A DNA stretch of 64,000 nucleotides from Armatimonadota bacterium (GTDB lineage: Bacteria > Armatimonadota > SYMT01). Below are positions 1 through 13,300 of the stretch, piece after piece. Location of the stretch: contig JBKBRF010000001.1 of assembly GCA_046292385.1 (NCBI GenBank), positions 95,305 through 159,304 of the forward strand, in the 5' to 3' direction. Made by a program: the position numbers and the translations under genes. Below the pieces are notes generated by a model, which was not told the DNA's origin, searched no databases, and was given only the letters and a program-made list of their open reading frames with translations. Position 1 is the first letter of the stretch. Each line of letters opens with the position of its first letter.

Positions 1-3000
1 CGCTGGAGCCAGGCGTAGTCGCTGCTCTGGCTGCCGATCCCGAGGAACACCCCGGTCTCCGACGGCGCTCCGTCACTCGTGAGCTGCCCCGCGCTCTCCA
101 GCGCCTCCCACGCGACCTCCAGAAGCAGCCGCTGCTGCGGGTCGACCGCCGCGGCTTCAGAATCGGAGATCCCGAAGAAGGCGGCGTCGAACGCGTCGAC
201 GGACCAGAGGTAGCCGCCTTTCCCGAGGGCGGCTGCCGCGTCCCCGAACCGCTCCGGCGGGGCGTCCGTGACGGCGTCCACGCCCCGGTAGAGCAGCTCC
301 CGGAACGCCATGGGCGTGTCGGCGCCGGCCGGAAAGCGGCACGCCATGCCGATGATCGCTACCGGCTCCGCGCGGTCCACCGGACGCGTGCGGTCCGGCT
401 CCTCCACCGTCAGTGCCTGCGCTCGCAGCCCGAGCTCTCCGGCCAGGTGCTCCGACAGCGCCTGAACCGTCGGGAGCTGATAGGCGAGGGTCGCCGGGAG
501 CTTCAACCCGAGCTCTCGCGAGAGGCGTCCGGAGAGATCAACCGCCGCCGTGGAGTCGAGTCCCAGGTCCCGCAGCGGCGTCGTGCTGCCGACCTTGCCG
601 GGCGAATCGAGCTCCAGTACCGCGGCGACCTGACTCCGCACCCGGTCGGCCAGCACCGCCTGCGCCTCGGATGGGGACAGCCGGTGGAGCCGGTCGCAGA
701 GCCGTTCGCCCGGCTCCGGGGTGGGAGCGGGTGCCAGGACCCGACCGGATGCCTCGAAGCTCAGGACGATCCGTCCCACGTTCCGCCCGCGGGCCATGAT
801 CCGGAAGGCTTCCTCGGCCTGGGCGACCGGCAAGAGCTGAGAGGGGAGGGGGGCGAGGGAGCCGTCCGCCACTTCGCGGAGCACCGCCTCCAGGATCCGG
901 CGGAGCTGCTCCGGCTCCGTATCCCGCACGTGGAAGAGGTCCAGAGGGAGGTAGCTTGCGTCCGACCGGAGCGCGGCGACCTCGGCAGAGTCCGAGACAG
1001 CCTGCTTCCCCAACTGCACGTAGCGCCCGCCCGGCAGCAGAGAGGGGAGGTCGGCGCGCAGGCCCTCTGCGGAGCGGGCGCCCAGGATGACGCCGAAGCC
1101 GCCCGGTCGAGCCGCACCGGCGTCCAGCCCGCTCGGGGACGAGGGGAAGACCTGTTCGAGGCCGAGAGAGCGGAGGTGCGCGTGCTTGTCCGGGTGGGCG
1201 GTCGCCACCACTTCGGCCCCGATGCTCCGGGCGATCTGCACCGCGGCGAGACCTACGCCGCCCGCGGCGTTGTGAATCAGGACGCGCTCCCCGGGCTGCA
1301 GGCGGGCCAGCACCCGCAGGCCGATCCAGGCGGTCAGGAAGGGAATCGGCAGCGCGGCGGCCTCCCCGGACCCGAGTGCATCCGGGATCGGAAGGACCAG
1401 CCCCGCGTCGGCCGTCACATGCGTGGTGAGCGCGCCCTCCGCGACCGCGACCACCCGGTCGCCCGGGCGCAGGCCGGCGACCCCCGGGCCGATCCGGGTG
1501 ACGGTGCCGGCGCAGTCGGAGCCGTAGCCGGCGGCTTCCTCCGCCAGCACCCCGAGGGCGTTCAGCGCGTCCCGAAAGGTGAGTGCCGCGGCCGCAACCT
1601 CGATCTCGACTTCCCCGGGGCCGGGCTCGCGCGGCTCGAAAGGAGCGAGCCGGATCGTGTCCAGCCGCCCACGCTCCTCAACTGCGACCCGGCGCGGCTC
1701 CGCCGGAGGGACAGCGCCGGCGAGGCGGGTGAAGCCGGCGCCGCGGAGCTCTATCAGCACTTCGCCTTCCGGCCCCAGCAGGGCCAGGTCGGCGGTGAGT
1801 CTCCCGCTCTCAAGGGAACGGAGGCGCGCGTATCCCCACTTCGGGAGCGCCGTGCAGGCCCCGAGCCGCAGCTCCGCGCAGTGGGTCAGCATGTAACTGC
1901 CGGTATCGCCCGGCGGCAGCAGCGCGTAGCCAAGCTGGGCGCACGCCTCCACCAGGCCGGGATGGCACCCGAGCGCGAACTCCGCGCCGCCGGGGTCCCG
2001 GAGCACCGCCAGCGCCTCTCCCTCGCCGCGCTGCAGGCTCTCCACGCACCGGGCGGCGGGTCCGAGCTGGAACCCGGCCTGCTCCAGCCGCCAATACAGC
2101 TCCGCTTCCGTCTGGTGCGCGGCACAGCGGGCGCGGACCCGCTCCAGGTCGATCCGCTCGCTCGCGCAGCTGGGCTTGAGCACCCGGCCGGTGACGTGGG
2201 CCTGCCAGTCCGCGCTCTCCGCGGCGCGGCTCTCGATCCGGAAGTCGTTTCCGAGGGTCAGCCGCACCTCGCGGGGGGGCTCCACCACCAGCGCCCGGCT
2301 GAAGTGCACGTCGGCCAGCTCGCAGCCGGCATCGCCGCGCAGCTCCCGCATCGACTGCGCCACCAGCTCCAGGTGGACCCCCACGTGCGCCAGCCCGCCC
2401 GAGTCTCGCAGCAGCGGCAGCTCCTGCGGAGAGACGCGCCCCTGGAAGACAGCGCCGCGGTCGCCAGACGCGCCGGTCCGGGTGAGGAGCGTCCCGGGGC
2501 TCCGGCTCCCTTCTCCGCTCCGGGCCGGCAGCCAGAAGTCACGGCGCTGGAACGGATAGGTGGGGAGCGGGGCCTTCCGCCACGAGCCGGCTTCGCCGAA
2601 CACCGCCGGGTCGACTTCCCCGCCCCGCACGTACGCCTCGCCCGCCTCCCGCAGCCGCGCGTCCCCGGCTCCCAGGCACTGACCCGGCTCTCCTCCCGCG
2701 GCCCAGTCCCGCAGCCGCTCCCGCAGCTCCGCCGCCGTCGCTCCCACTACCGCCAGCCGCGCCTCGAAGTGGGTGCGCCCGCAGTAGGCGGTGCCGCACA
2801 CGTCCGCCAGCCGTACCGCGCTCCCGTTCCGCTCCAACTCCGCGAGATACCGCTCGTACCGGCTCGCCAGCGCCTGCAGCCCCGCCGCGTCTTTCGCCGA
2901 GAGGCAGAGCAGGTGCCCGCCCTCCGGCGAAGCGGCGACGAGGACCGGCGGCTCCGGCGCGGCTTCGAGCAGGACGTGGGCGTTGGTGCCGCTGAAGCCG

Positions 3001-4340
3001 AAGGAGCTGACCCCCGCGATCCAGCGTCCGTCCCGCCCCTCCCACGCCTGCGGCTCCCGCGGGATCTCCAGCGGGACACCGCGGCGGTCGATATGCGGGT
3101 TCCACTCCCCGAAGTGGAGGTGAGGCGGCAGGCAGCGGTGCTGGAGGGCGAGCACCGTCTTGATCAGCCCCGCCACTCCCGCGGCGGCTTCCAGGTGGCC
3201 GAGGTTCGTCTTCACGGAGCCGACCCACAGCGGGGTCTCGCGTCCGGCGAAGACCTCCGCCAGCGCGTGCAGCTCGATCGGGTCTCCCAGGGCGGTGCCG
3301 GTGCCGTGCGATTCCAGGTAGGAGACCTGCTCCGGGGTGAGGCCAGCGCCGCGGAGGGCCTGGCGCAGGAGGGCGACCTGGGCGCGACCGTTGGGGGCGG
3401 TGAGGCCGCCGCTGCGGCCGTCGTGGTTGACGGCGGAGCCGCGGATCAGGGCGAGGACGCGGTCGCCGTCGCGCCCGGCGTCGGAGAGCCGCTTCAGCAC
3501 CACCACCCCGCAGCCTTCGCCGCGGCCGTACCCATCCGCGGAGGCGTCGAAGGTCTTGCAGCGGCCGTCCGGTGAGAGCATCCGCGCCCGCGAGAAGTTG
3601 ATCGACAGCTCGGGGCTTAGGACCAGGTTGACGCCACCGGCGAGGGCGAGCTCACACTCTCCCTGGCGGAGGCTCTGAAGGGCGAGGTGGGTGGCGACGA
3701 GGGAGGAGGAGCAGGCGGTGTCGACCACCAGGCTCGGGCCCTGCAGCCCGAGCAGGTATGACAGCCGCCCCGCCACGATGCTGGGGCTGGTGCCGGTGCT
3801 GTAGTAGGAGTCGACCTGCTCCGGCGCGCCCGAGCGGAGGTAGAGCCGCGCGTAGTCCGAGACCGCGTAGCCGACGAAGATCCCCGTCCGCGATCCGTAG
3901 AGGCGGTCGACCGGCACCCCGGCGTCTTCCAGCGCTTCCCACGCGACTTCCAGCAGCAGGCGCTGCTGCGGGTCCATCCGCGCGGCCTCTCGCGGGGAGA
4001 TCCCGAAGAACTCCGCGTCGAAGCCGCGGACGTCGCCGAGGAAGCCGCCCTCCCGAGTGCAGATCCGCCCCGGCGCGTCGAGATCCGGGTCGAAGAGCGC
4101 GTCGGCGTCCCAGCGGTCCGGCGGCACGCGCCCGACGCAGTCCCGGCCCGTCTCCAGCGCCTTCCAGTAGGACGCCGCATCGTCGATCCCGCCCGGAAAG
4201 CGGCAGCCGAGCCCGACGATCGCGATCGGTTCGGTGGCGGCGCGCTCGCGGGCCTCCAGCTGCGACCGGAGCTGCTGGATCTCCCGGTAGGCGCGCCGGA
4301 GCACCTCCGTCTGGTCGACCGGCTTGCTCACGCGGTCCAT
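1..4340 (-). CDS. Modular type I PKS-2, 5' part only (continues beyond window start): docking-KS-(no AT)-degenerate DH-ER-ACP-KS...
   Basis: Not in the ORF track because it is open-ended. Manual translation from ATG 4340 ([43 protein letters not shown]) stays open to base 1. KS motifs DTACSSS, ESHGTGT, NLGHLE; linker [34 protein letters not shown]; next [15 protein letters not shown]...[16 protein letters not shown]. Confidence 0.93.
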   Translation of the reverse strand, partial: MDRVSKPVDQTEVLRRAYREIQQLRSQLEARERAATEPIAIVGLGCRFPGGIDDAASYWKALETGRDCVGRVPPDRWDADALFDPDLDAPGRICTREGGFLGDVRGFDAEFFGISPREAARMDPQQRLLLEVAWEALEDAGVPVDRLYGSRTGIFVGYAVSDYARLYLRSGAPEQVDSYYSTGTSPSIVAGRLSYLLGLQGPSLVVDTACSSSLVATHLALQSLRQGECELALAGGVNLVLSPELSINFSRARMLSPDGRCKTFDASADGYGRGEGCGVVVLKRLSDAGRDGDRVLALIRGSAVNHDGRSGGLTAPNGRAQVALLRQALRGAGLTPEQVSYLESHGTGTALGDPIELHALAEVFAGRETPLWVGSVKTNLGHLEAAAGVAGLIKTVLALQHRCLPPHLHFGEWNPHIDRRGVPLEIPREPQAWEGRDGRWIAGVSSFGFSGTNAHVLLEAAPEPPVLVAASPEGGHLLCLSAKDAAGLQALASRYERYLAELERNGSAVRLADVCGTAYCGRTHFEARLAVVGATAAELRERLRDWAAGGEPGQCLGAGDARLREAGEAYVRGGEVDPAVFGEAGSWRKAPLPTYPFQRRDFWLPARSGEGSRSPGTLLTRTGASGDRGAVFQGRVSPQELPLLRDSGGLAHVGVHLELVAQSMRELRGDAGCELADVHFSRALVVEPPREVRLTLGNDFRIESRAAESADWQAHVTGRVLKPSCASERIDLERVRARCAAHQTEAELYWRLEQAGFQLGPAARCVESLQRGEGEALAVLRDPGGAEFALGCHPGLVEACAQLGYALLPPGDTGSYMLTHCAELRLGACTALPKWGYARLRSLESGRLTADLALLGPEGEVLIELRGAGFTRLAGAVPPAEPRRVAVEERGRLDTIRLAPFEPREPGPGEVEIEVAAAALTFRDALNALGVLAEEAAGYGSDCAGTVTRIGPGVAGLRPGDRVVAVAEGALTTHVTADAGLVLPIPDALGSGEAAALPIPFLTAWIGLRVLARLQPGERVLIHNAAGGVGLAAVQIARSIGAEVVATAHPDKHAHLRSLGLEQVFPSSPSGLDAGAARPGGFGVILGARSAEGLRADLPSLLPGGRYVQLGKQAVSDSAEVAALRSDASYLPLDLFHVRDTEPEQLRRILEAVLREVADGSLAPLPSQLLPVAQAEEAFRIMARGRNVGRIVLSFEASGRVLAPAPTPEPGERLCDRLHRLSPSEAQAVLADRVRSQVAAVLELDSPGKVGSTTPLRDLGLDSTAAVDLSGRLSRELGLKLPATLAYQLPTVQALSEHLAGELGLRAQALTVEEPDRTRPVDRAEPVAIIGMACRFPAGADTPMAFRELLYRGVDAVTDAPPERFGDAAAALGKGGYLWSVDAFDAAFFGISDSEAAAVDPQQRLLLEVAWEALESAGQLTSDGAPSETGVFLGIGSQSSDYAWLQ

Positions 4341-4370
4341 CGCGCAGCCCTTCCCGAAACCGCTCGCCGA

Positions 4371-7300
4371 CTACAGGCCATCGGTCATCCCCAGCTCGCG
4401 GGCCAGGAGGTCGAGAATGTCCCCGTCCGCCGGTCCGCCGGTCGCTTCTTCCGCTGCCTCCGTTACTTCGGCGGGAAAGAGACGGCTCAGCAGGTAGTCC
4501 GTCAGGCCATCCAGCGTCGGGTAGTCGAAGAAGAGCGTGGAAGGCAGCGAGCAGCCGACCAGACCGGCAAGGGTGTTCCGCAGCTCGACCGCCAGCAGCG
4601 AGTCGAGGCCGAGCTCGGCGAGCGGCCTCCGGCCGTCGAGCGGTCGCCCTCCGCGATAGCCCAGAATCCGGGCGGCTTCCCCGCGGAGCAGCTCCAGGAG
4701 CACGGCGCGCCGCTCGGACGGGTCCACCTGCTCGAGCGAAGCGTGAGACGAGGGGCGAGGACCGGGAGCCACCAGCTCCGAGAGCAGCGGGCTCGGCTGG
4801 AACCGCGCGACGGTCTCCCAGTCGGCGTCGATCACTACTCGCTGCACCGCTCCATCCTGAATGGCCCGCTCCACGGCCTGCAGGAGGCGCTCGGGAGAGA
4901 GCGGGCGCATCCCCCGGGAGGCCCACCGCGTGCGTTCGGCTTCCGAAAGCGACGCGAGCATGCCGCCCTCGAGGGGACCCCAGTTGATCGCGCAGGCGGG
5001 GAGCCCGGCGGCGCGCCGCTCCCACGCGATGGCGTCCAGCGCAGCGTTGGCGGCGCCGTAACTCGCCTGACCGGCGGAGCCGAGGAGGGCCGCCGCGGAA
5101 GAAAAGAGGACGAAGAAGTCGAGGTCCCGGCCGCGGGTGAGGCGATCCAGGTTGCAGGCGCCGTGGAGCTTGGGCTCCAGTGCCGTCCGGAAGCGCGCCT
5201 CGTCGAGGTCCGGGATCAGCGCGTCGCTGACCACGCCCGCGGCGTGGAAGACGCCGCGAAGGTCGGGCACTTCCGCCAGGATTGCGGAGAGCGCCTCGGG
5301 GTCGGCGACATCCGCCCGGGCCAGGGTGATCCGGGTTCCGCGGAGCTCCCATTCACGGGCCAGCTCGCGGAGCTCGTCGGGCGGCTCTCGCCGGCCGACC
5401 AGCAGCACGTGTCCCGCGCCGCGCTCCACCAGCCAGCGTGCGAGCTGCCGGCCCGCGAAGCCGGAGCCGCCCGTCACGAGGTAGGCCCCGTCCGGCCTCA
5501 GCTCCACCGGGTGGGACGGAGTGACCACGATCTTGCCGGTGTGCCGGGCGCCGGCCATCAGCCGGAACGCCTCCGGCGCGCGCTCCAGCGAGTAGAGGCG
5601 CCGCGGCAGCGGAGTGAGGCCCCCGGCCTCTACCTGCGCCAGGATCTTCTCTATCAGCGACCGGTACCAGGCGGGCTCGGCCGCCAGGATTTCTTTCATG
5701 TCGAACGGGTGGTAAGCAACGTCGGGCCGCTCGGCGGCCGCGCGCTCCCGGCTCCAGATCTCCGTCTTGCCGATCTCGAGGAAGCGTCCCCCCGGCGCCA
5801 GGGCCGAGAAGCCGGCGACGATCGCCGGTCCGGAGAAGGAGTTCAGCACCACGTCGACGCCCCGGCCGCCGGTCCGCTCCCGGACCTCCTCCGCGAAGGA
5901 GAGGGAGCGGGAGTCCATCACGTGGGCGGCCCCGAGCGAGCGGGCGAGCTCCCACTTTCCGCGGCTCGCGGTTGCGTAGACCTCCGCGCCGGCGGCGCGG
6001 GCGATCTGGACCGCGGCCATGCCGACACCGCCGGTCGCCGCGTGGATCAGCACCCGTTCTCCGGGCTGCAGGCGGGCCAGCTCGTGCAGACCATACCAGG
6101 CGGTGAGGAAGGCGACCGGGAGCGTGGCGGCAGCCTCGAAGCCGACACCGGCGGGCAGGTGGATGGCCAGGGACTCGGGAGCGGTGACGTAAGAAGCCAG
6201 CGCTTCTTGCGTGAAGGCGACCACCCGGTCGCCGGCCCGGAAAGCTTCCACCCCGGCTCCGACCGCCGTCACCTCGCCCGCGCACTCGGCGCCGAGCGCG
6301 CCGGGGTTCTCACCGGCCCGGCCGAGAGCGATCAGCACGTCCTTGAAATTGACGCCCGCTGCCCGCACCTGGATCTCGATCTCGCCGGGAGCCGGCGCGC
6401 GGCGCGTCAGCGTCTCCAGGCGCAGCTGCTCCAGGGTGCCACCCGTGTCCGGGATCAGCCGCTTCGGTTCGTAACCCGTTGAGCCCTCTATGGGACGGAG
6501 GCGCGGTACCAGGCGCTCTCCCTGGCGGTAGGCGGCCTCCTCGCCGCCGTCCCCTGCGGTCAGCTCCCGCAGCAGCGCCTCCGCCTGGTGCCCTGGCGAG
6601 GCGGTGGGGTCGAGATCGACGCAGCCGCACCGGAGGCCCGGGTACTCGAGGGCGGCACTGCGCGCGAAGCCCCGCAGTGCCGCCTGCGCGGCGGACGGCG
6701 CAGCGCCGTCGAACGCTTCACCGGCCTGCGAGACGAGCCAGAGGCGCGGGGGCGTCGCGCGGGTGCCCAGCTCTCGCACCAGGGCGGCCGCGCGGGCAAG
6801 AACGGTTTCCGGCGCCTCGTCGTCGAGTGCGCGGAGGTCGACCACCGCCTCGACGTCGGGCGGTAGGGCCGCCAGCTCGGGGCAGACCGCGACTCTGCCC
6901 CGGTCACCCGCGAGGAGCCGGTCCGCCAGCAGCAGGCCCACTCCGCTGTGGTCCGGCAGCACCGCGTACCGCAGCGGCGGCGCGTCCCGCTCCTCCAGCG
7001 GGTGAGGCTGCCAGGTGACTTCGTAGGCAGGCGCGGCCGTCGATCCGCGGCGAACCTCCCGGCTCACCCTGCGCATGGTCACGCCGCACAGCTCCGCCAC
7101 CAGCCGCCCGTCCGGAGCGCAGAGCCGCACCTCGCCGAGGAGCACGCCGTCGGCAGCGGGAGTGACGCTGGCGTGACTCCACAGCTCGCCGTCCGGAACG
7201 GGACCGTGCCACGCGCACCGCTCGAAGCGGGCGGGCATCCAGGTCTCACCGTCCGGCATCAGGGCGGCGAGTACCTGGAGCGCGCAGTCGAGCAGGATCG

Positions 7301-10300
7301 GGTGGCCGCGCGGACCGTCCCAACCGAGCGCACTTCCAGGGTCGATTCGCCCTACCGCTTCGCCCGCTCCGCGCCAGGTCTCCACGACCCGGCGGAAGCG
7401 TGGGCCGAAGTGGAAGCCGCGGTCGTCTAGCGCGCCGTAAAGATCCGATACCAGCTCCCGGCAGCGGCTGCGTGCCTGATCCAACTGAACCGGTACGGGG
7501 CCGAGAGCGCGTCCCGGCTCCATCCGGCCGGTGGCGTGGCGGCGCCACTCCTCCCCGTCCCGCGCGTAGAGCTGCCAGCTCCCATCCTGTGCCAAGCAGA
7601 GCTGCGCCTCCCGCGCAGCGTCCAGCGGGAGGGGGAGGGCCTCGTGGAGGTCGACCTCCGCCAGGATCGCTCCGGACCGGGTGCTGCGCGCGGCGGCCTG
7701 CCAGGCCAGCTCCAGGAAAACCGTCGCCGGCAGGTAGGTGGTGTCGTGGATCCGGTGGTCCTGCAGGAACACCGTGCGGCGCGCGTCGAGGGAGACCTCG
7801 AAGAGCGTTTCCCCCGTCGCGGCGGAGCGCCGCCCCGGATCGGTGAGCAGGTCGTCTCCCTTCGAGCCGGCGGGCGCCGGGGCCGGAGCGGAGGCCGGAG
7901 CCAGCGAGTCGAACCAGAACCGCTCCCGCTGGAAGGGGTAGGTGGGGAAAGTGACGCGCCGCGCGGAACGGTCGCGGTGAAGCGCTTCCCAGTCCACCTC
8001 CACGCCGAGCTCGTAGAGCGTGCCCAGGCTGCGGAGCAGCGTCTCGCGGTCGTCGGCCCCGCGCCGCAGCGAGGGAAGCCAGAGTCCCCCGTCGACGCAC
8101 TGCCCGCCGAGGGCGGTGAGCACCGGCTGCGGACCGATCTCCACGAAGGCGTCGATCCCGAGCCCCGCCAGCGCGCGGATCCCCTCCGCGAACCGGACGC
8201 ACTCCCGGGCATGCTGCCGCCAGTAGGCCCCATCGAAGAGATCCTGCGCGGCCGCCGTGAGGTTCGAGACTACCGGGATCCGCGGCGGGTGAGGCGCGAT
8301 CCGGTCGGCGGCCGCCTGAAGCGGATCCAGGATCGGCTCCATCAGGGGCGAGTGGAACGCGTGGGAGACGGCGAGAGGGCGACTCTCGATTCCCTCTTCC
8401 CGGAGCAGCGCCGCAGCCTGCGCCAGCGCCCGCTCCTCACCCGCGAGCACCAGGTGACCGGGGGCGTTCTCCGCCGCTACCACCACCTTCAGGCCGGCAC
8501 GCCCCAGCAGCGACCGTACCTGGTCGCTCTCACCGAAGACCGTGGCCATGCCGCCGCCGGCCGGGAGCGACTGCATCAGCCGTCCGCGGGCCGCCACCAG
8601 CGAGAAGGCATCTTCGAGGGAGAGCACTCCGGCCACACAGGCCGCCGCGAACTCGCCCACGCTGTGCCCGATCACCGCTGCCGGCCGCACGCCCCACGCC
8701 TGCCACAGCTCCGCGAGGGCGTACTCCACCGCGAAGAGCGCCGGCTGGGTGTATCCGGTCTGCTCGAGCCGGCCTGCCCCTTCGAAGAGGAGCGGCAGAA
8801 GCGGCACGTCGAGGTGCTCGCGCGCGAGCTCGGCGCAGCGGTCCAGCGCTGCCCGAAACCGGGGCTCCGTCTCGTAGAGGCCACGCGCCATGCCGGGATA
8901 CTGCGACCCCTGGCCGGTGAAAAGGAACGCCACCCTGGGAGGCGCCGCGCCGACGGCGGCCGGGACCGCCTGGGAGAGTGCACGCCGAGCCTCGGCAGCG
9001 GTCCGCGCAACCACCGCCGTCCGGTGTGGGAAGTGTGCTCGCCCGACACCGGCGGTAAAGCAGGTGTCCGAGAAGGCGGCGGCGTCGGCCTCGAGGTGGC
9101 GGGCCGCGCGAGCGATCAGCTCCCGCAGGGCCGGCGCGTTCGCGGCGGAGAGGGGGAGCAACTGCGGCGCTGCGGCGTCGTTCTCTGCGCTCACGGAGGC
9201 CGGGGGCGCCTCTTCGACGATGAGGTGGACGTTAGTCCCGCTGGCGCCGAACGAGCTGACCCCGGCCAGGCGGCGGTGTGGCCCCGGCTCCCAGGGAGTC
9301 GTCTCCACCGGGATCGTGAACGACAAGCCTTCCGGCGTGAGGTGCGGGTTGAGGCTCTTGAGGTGCAGGTGCGGCGGGATCCGGCGGTGGCCCAGCGCCG
9401 CGACGACCTTGAGGAGCCCGGCGATCCCTGCGGCGGCCTCGAGATGACCGAGGTTGGTCTTGACCGACCCGAGCGCGAGCGGCTCCGTCCGGCCCGGACC
9501 GTAAGCGGCGGCGAGCGAGTGGACCTCGATCGGATCGCCCAGGGCCGTGCCGGTCCCATGCGCCTCTACGTAGGTCACCTCTTCGGGGTCGACACCGGCG
9601 TGCGCGAGCGCCTCGCGGATGACCGCTTCCTGCGAAGCGCCGTTCGGGACCGTGAACCCGCTGCTGTGCCCGTCGTGCTTCACGGCGGAGCCGCGCACTA
9701 CGGCCAGGATCCGGTCCCCCCGCGCCGCGGCGTCGGAGAGGCGGCGGAGGACCACCATCCCGCAGCCTTCCCCGCGGACGTAGCCGTCGGCAGCCGCGTC
9801 GAACACCTTGCAGCGACCGTCCGGCGCCAGCATCCGGGCCCGGGAGAGGACGACCGACCCCTCCGGCGCGAGGAGCACGTTCACCCCGCCCGCCAGCGCG
9901 GTATCGCATTCGCCGGAGAGGATCGACTGGCAGGCGAGGTGCAGCGCCACCAGGGAGGAGGAGCAGGCCGTATCGACCACCAGGCTCGGCCCCTGGAGCC
10001 CCAGGAAGTAGGAAAGCCGCCCGGCGATCGTGTTGTTCGCCTGGCCGGTCAGGGTGTAGAGCGACAGCGGGTCGGTGCCGGCCGCGGCCCGCATCCGGTC
10101 GCCATACTCGCTGCCGATGGAGCCGACGAAGACGCCGGTGCGGCTGCCGCGCAGCTCCTTCGGCGACTGGCCCGCGTGTTCCAGCGCCTCCCAACCGACC
10201 TCCAGGACCAGCCGGTGCTGCGGGTCCATCTGGACCGCCTCTCGCGGAGAGATGCCGAAGAACTCCGCGTCGAAGCGGTCGATCCCGTCGAGGAAACCGC

Positions 10301-13300
10301 CGTAGCGCGTGCAGATCTTCCCCGGCCGGTCCGGATCCGGATCGTACCAGGCTTCCACGTCCCAGCGGCCACCCGGCACCTCGACGATCGCGTCCCGGCC
10401 GTCAAAGAGGAGCCGCGCCAGCTCATCGAGGCTGCCGACCCCGCCCGGGAGGCGGCACCCCACCCCCACCACCGCAATCGGCTCGTGACGCGACCGGGCG
10501 GCCACCGCCGGCTCCGCCTCTTCGACCGGCGCCCCGGCGAGCCAGTCCGACAGCTCGCGGACGTTCGGGCGCGCGAAGAGCGCGGCGGCGGGAACGGGTC
10601 GCGCCAGCGTCGTCTCCAGCCGGTGCCGGAATGCCACCGCGGTCAGCGAGTCGAGGCCAATCTGGAAGAAGCCGGCGTGCGCGTCGATCGTCCCCGGGCA
10701 GTCGATGCCGAGCACCGCGGCCAGCTCTCGCCGCACCACTTCTTCGGTCTCGCTTTGCCCCGCAGGCGGCGGGGTGGGGTGGGCAGCTGGCGCCGGCCGA
10801 AGAAGAGTGGGCGCGGATGGCCTGGCGGCACGCACCCGCGGCGCACGCGCAAGCAGGAGACTCTGCTTCAGTCCGTCGGGAATCACTTCCACCGGCCCGA
10901 ACCCCGCTTCGGACAACACGGACCGCCACGTCTCGACCGGGAGCAGCGGGTGGTCCGGCCTCAGCTCCGTGTCCGCGAACTTCCACCAGCCGTCGAGCGT
11001 GCCGACTACCAGGTCGAGCCAGGTGGAGGGGGTGGTCACCTCGATTAGCGCCAGGATGCCGCCGGGCGCGAGGAGAGGTTGGATTCGGCGGAGTGTCTCG
11101 TGCAGATCGGGAGTGGCATGCACCACGTTGGAGGCGAGCACCAGGTCGAACGGACCGTGAAGCTCGGCCGGCGGTCCGGTCAGGTCCAGCAGCTCATACC
11201 GGACGAACGGATAACCGGCGAGCGCCTCCCGGGCACGCGCCAGGAACAGCGGCGAGACGTCGGAGAAGCAGTAATCGGTCCGGTCCGCGGGCAGCGCCGG
11301 GAGCACCGCCGCCGTGGTGCCGCCGGTTCCCGCGCCCAGCTCCAGCACCCGCAGCCGGCCAGGGCGCTGGGCGATCTCTTCGACGGCCGCGCCCAGGAGC
11401 CGGTTGGCGCCGTGGAAGAAGCCGCAGTCGCGGTAGAGCTCGGCGGCGTCCTCCAGGGAGCCGCCGGGGAAGAGCACCTCCAGCGGATCTTTCTCACCGC
11501 TGAGCACCGCCGCCAGCGCTTCCCCACAGCGCCGGACCAGCGTCACGGCGGCGCCTCCGGTCGAGGAAACCTCCGGCACCGGGTGCGGTCCGGCGTCGAG
11601 GGCGGCGCCCAGCAGCCGGCGGGCCAGGCGCGCGTGGCGTGGATCGAGGGAGACGCCGTCCAGCGAGTCGCTCTTTCCGTCCCAGCCGAGCCGGGTAAGC
11701 GCCCGGTGAGCGTAGGCGGCAGCCAGGCGATCCAGCTCCGCATCCACGCCGGCGAACCGGTGGGCGCCCGCCTCGTTCTGCAGCTCGGGCAGCCGGCTGC
11801 GGGCCCGCGCGGCGACGGCCGGCAGCTCTACCTCGCGCGCCGGGGTGGTCCTCTCCGAAAGCGTCTCGTCGTGGTCGGGCCAGCAGCGCTCCCGCTGGAA
11901 CGGATAGGTCGGCAGGGAGATCCGGCGCCGCGAGTACGCCCGGTCGAGCCCGTGCCAGTCGATCTTTACGCCGGCAACGTAAGTCTCGGCGAGGCTGCGG
12001 AAGAGGGTGGCGAGCTCGCCCTTCCCCCGCCGGAGTGACGGGAGCCAGGTACCGCCTTCAACGCAGCTGCGTCCGAGGGTTACGAGAACCGGGTGCGGGC
12101 CGATCTCGATGAAGAGCTCGCAGCCGGCCTCTCGCAGCGCCCGCATCCCGTCCGCGAAGCGCACCGGCTCCCGGGCGTGCCGCCGCCAGTGCGCCGCCGA
12201 GAGCCCGTTCGCACCCTCCAGCGCGGAGACGAAGCGGGCGCGGGGCGTCGCATAGTCGAACCGGCTCGCGAGCGCCTCGAGCTCTTCGAGAACCGGGTCC
12301 AGCAGGGGGGAGTGGAACGCGTGGGAGACCGCCAGCGGGCGGCTGGCGATTCCCTCCCGCTCCAGCCGGGCGGCAACCTCCGCCAGGGCGGCCCGGCTGC
12401 CGGAGAGGACGGTGCTCTCCGGCCCGTTCACCGCCGCAATCGCCGGGTCGAGGAGTCCGCCCAGCGCACGGCGGACTCGCTCCTCCGAGGCGAAGACTGC
12501 GGTCATCCCGCCTCCGTCGGGGAGCGACTGCATGAGCCGTGCCCGCCCGGCGACCAGCTCCAGCGCGTCCGGCAGGCTCATGCCTCCCGCCCGGCAGGCG
12601 GCGGCAAGCTCCCCCACGCTGTGCCCCAGCACCGCGTCCGGCTCCACTCCCCACGATTGCCACAGCTCGGCCAAGGCGTACTGGAGCGCGAAGAGCGCCG
12701 GCTGGGCGCAGCGGGTTTCCTCCAGGGGGGCGCCGTCATCGAAGAGCAGCGGGAGGAGCGGCCGGTCGAGGAGCCGGTCGAGGGTCTCCGCGCACCGGTC
12801 GAGGGCGGCACGAAAGGTTGGCTGCGTCCGATACAGCTCCCGGCCCATCCCCGGGTAGACGGAGCCCTGTCCGGTGAAAAGGAACGCCACCCGAGGAGCC
12901 CGCCCGGCCTCCGCTTTGCCCGCGACCAGCGCCGCCTCGTCCCGGCCGGCGTGGTAGGCGGACAGCACCTTCCGAACGCGCGCGGAGGACTCGCCCACCA
13001 CGGCCAGCCGATGGGGGAGGTGGGTGCGCCCGGTGTTGGCGGTGAAGCAGGCGTCCGGAAGCGGCTCCAGCGGATGCTCCGCGTACCGGCCCGCCAGCTC
13101 CCGCAGTGCTGGCTCCGTGCGCGCGGAGAGAGTCAGGAGGTGGAGCGGACGCTCCTCGGAGGTCTCATGCGATGCGTCGATGCCGGCCGGAACGTACTCC
13201 TGCAGGATGGCGTGGCTGTTGGTCCCGCCGAACCCGAACGAGCTGACGCCGGCGACGGCGGGGCGGCCGGTCTCCGGCCAGGGCGCGAGGCTCGACTGCA

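Noticed and set aside
447..3575. 1042-aa plus-strand ORF
   Set aside because: It is the codon-aligned antisense shadow of PKS-2, expected in high-GC3 genes, and has no recognisable motifs.
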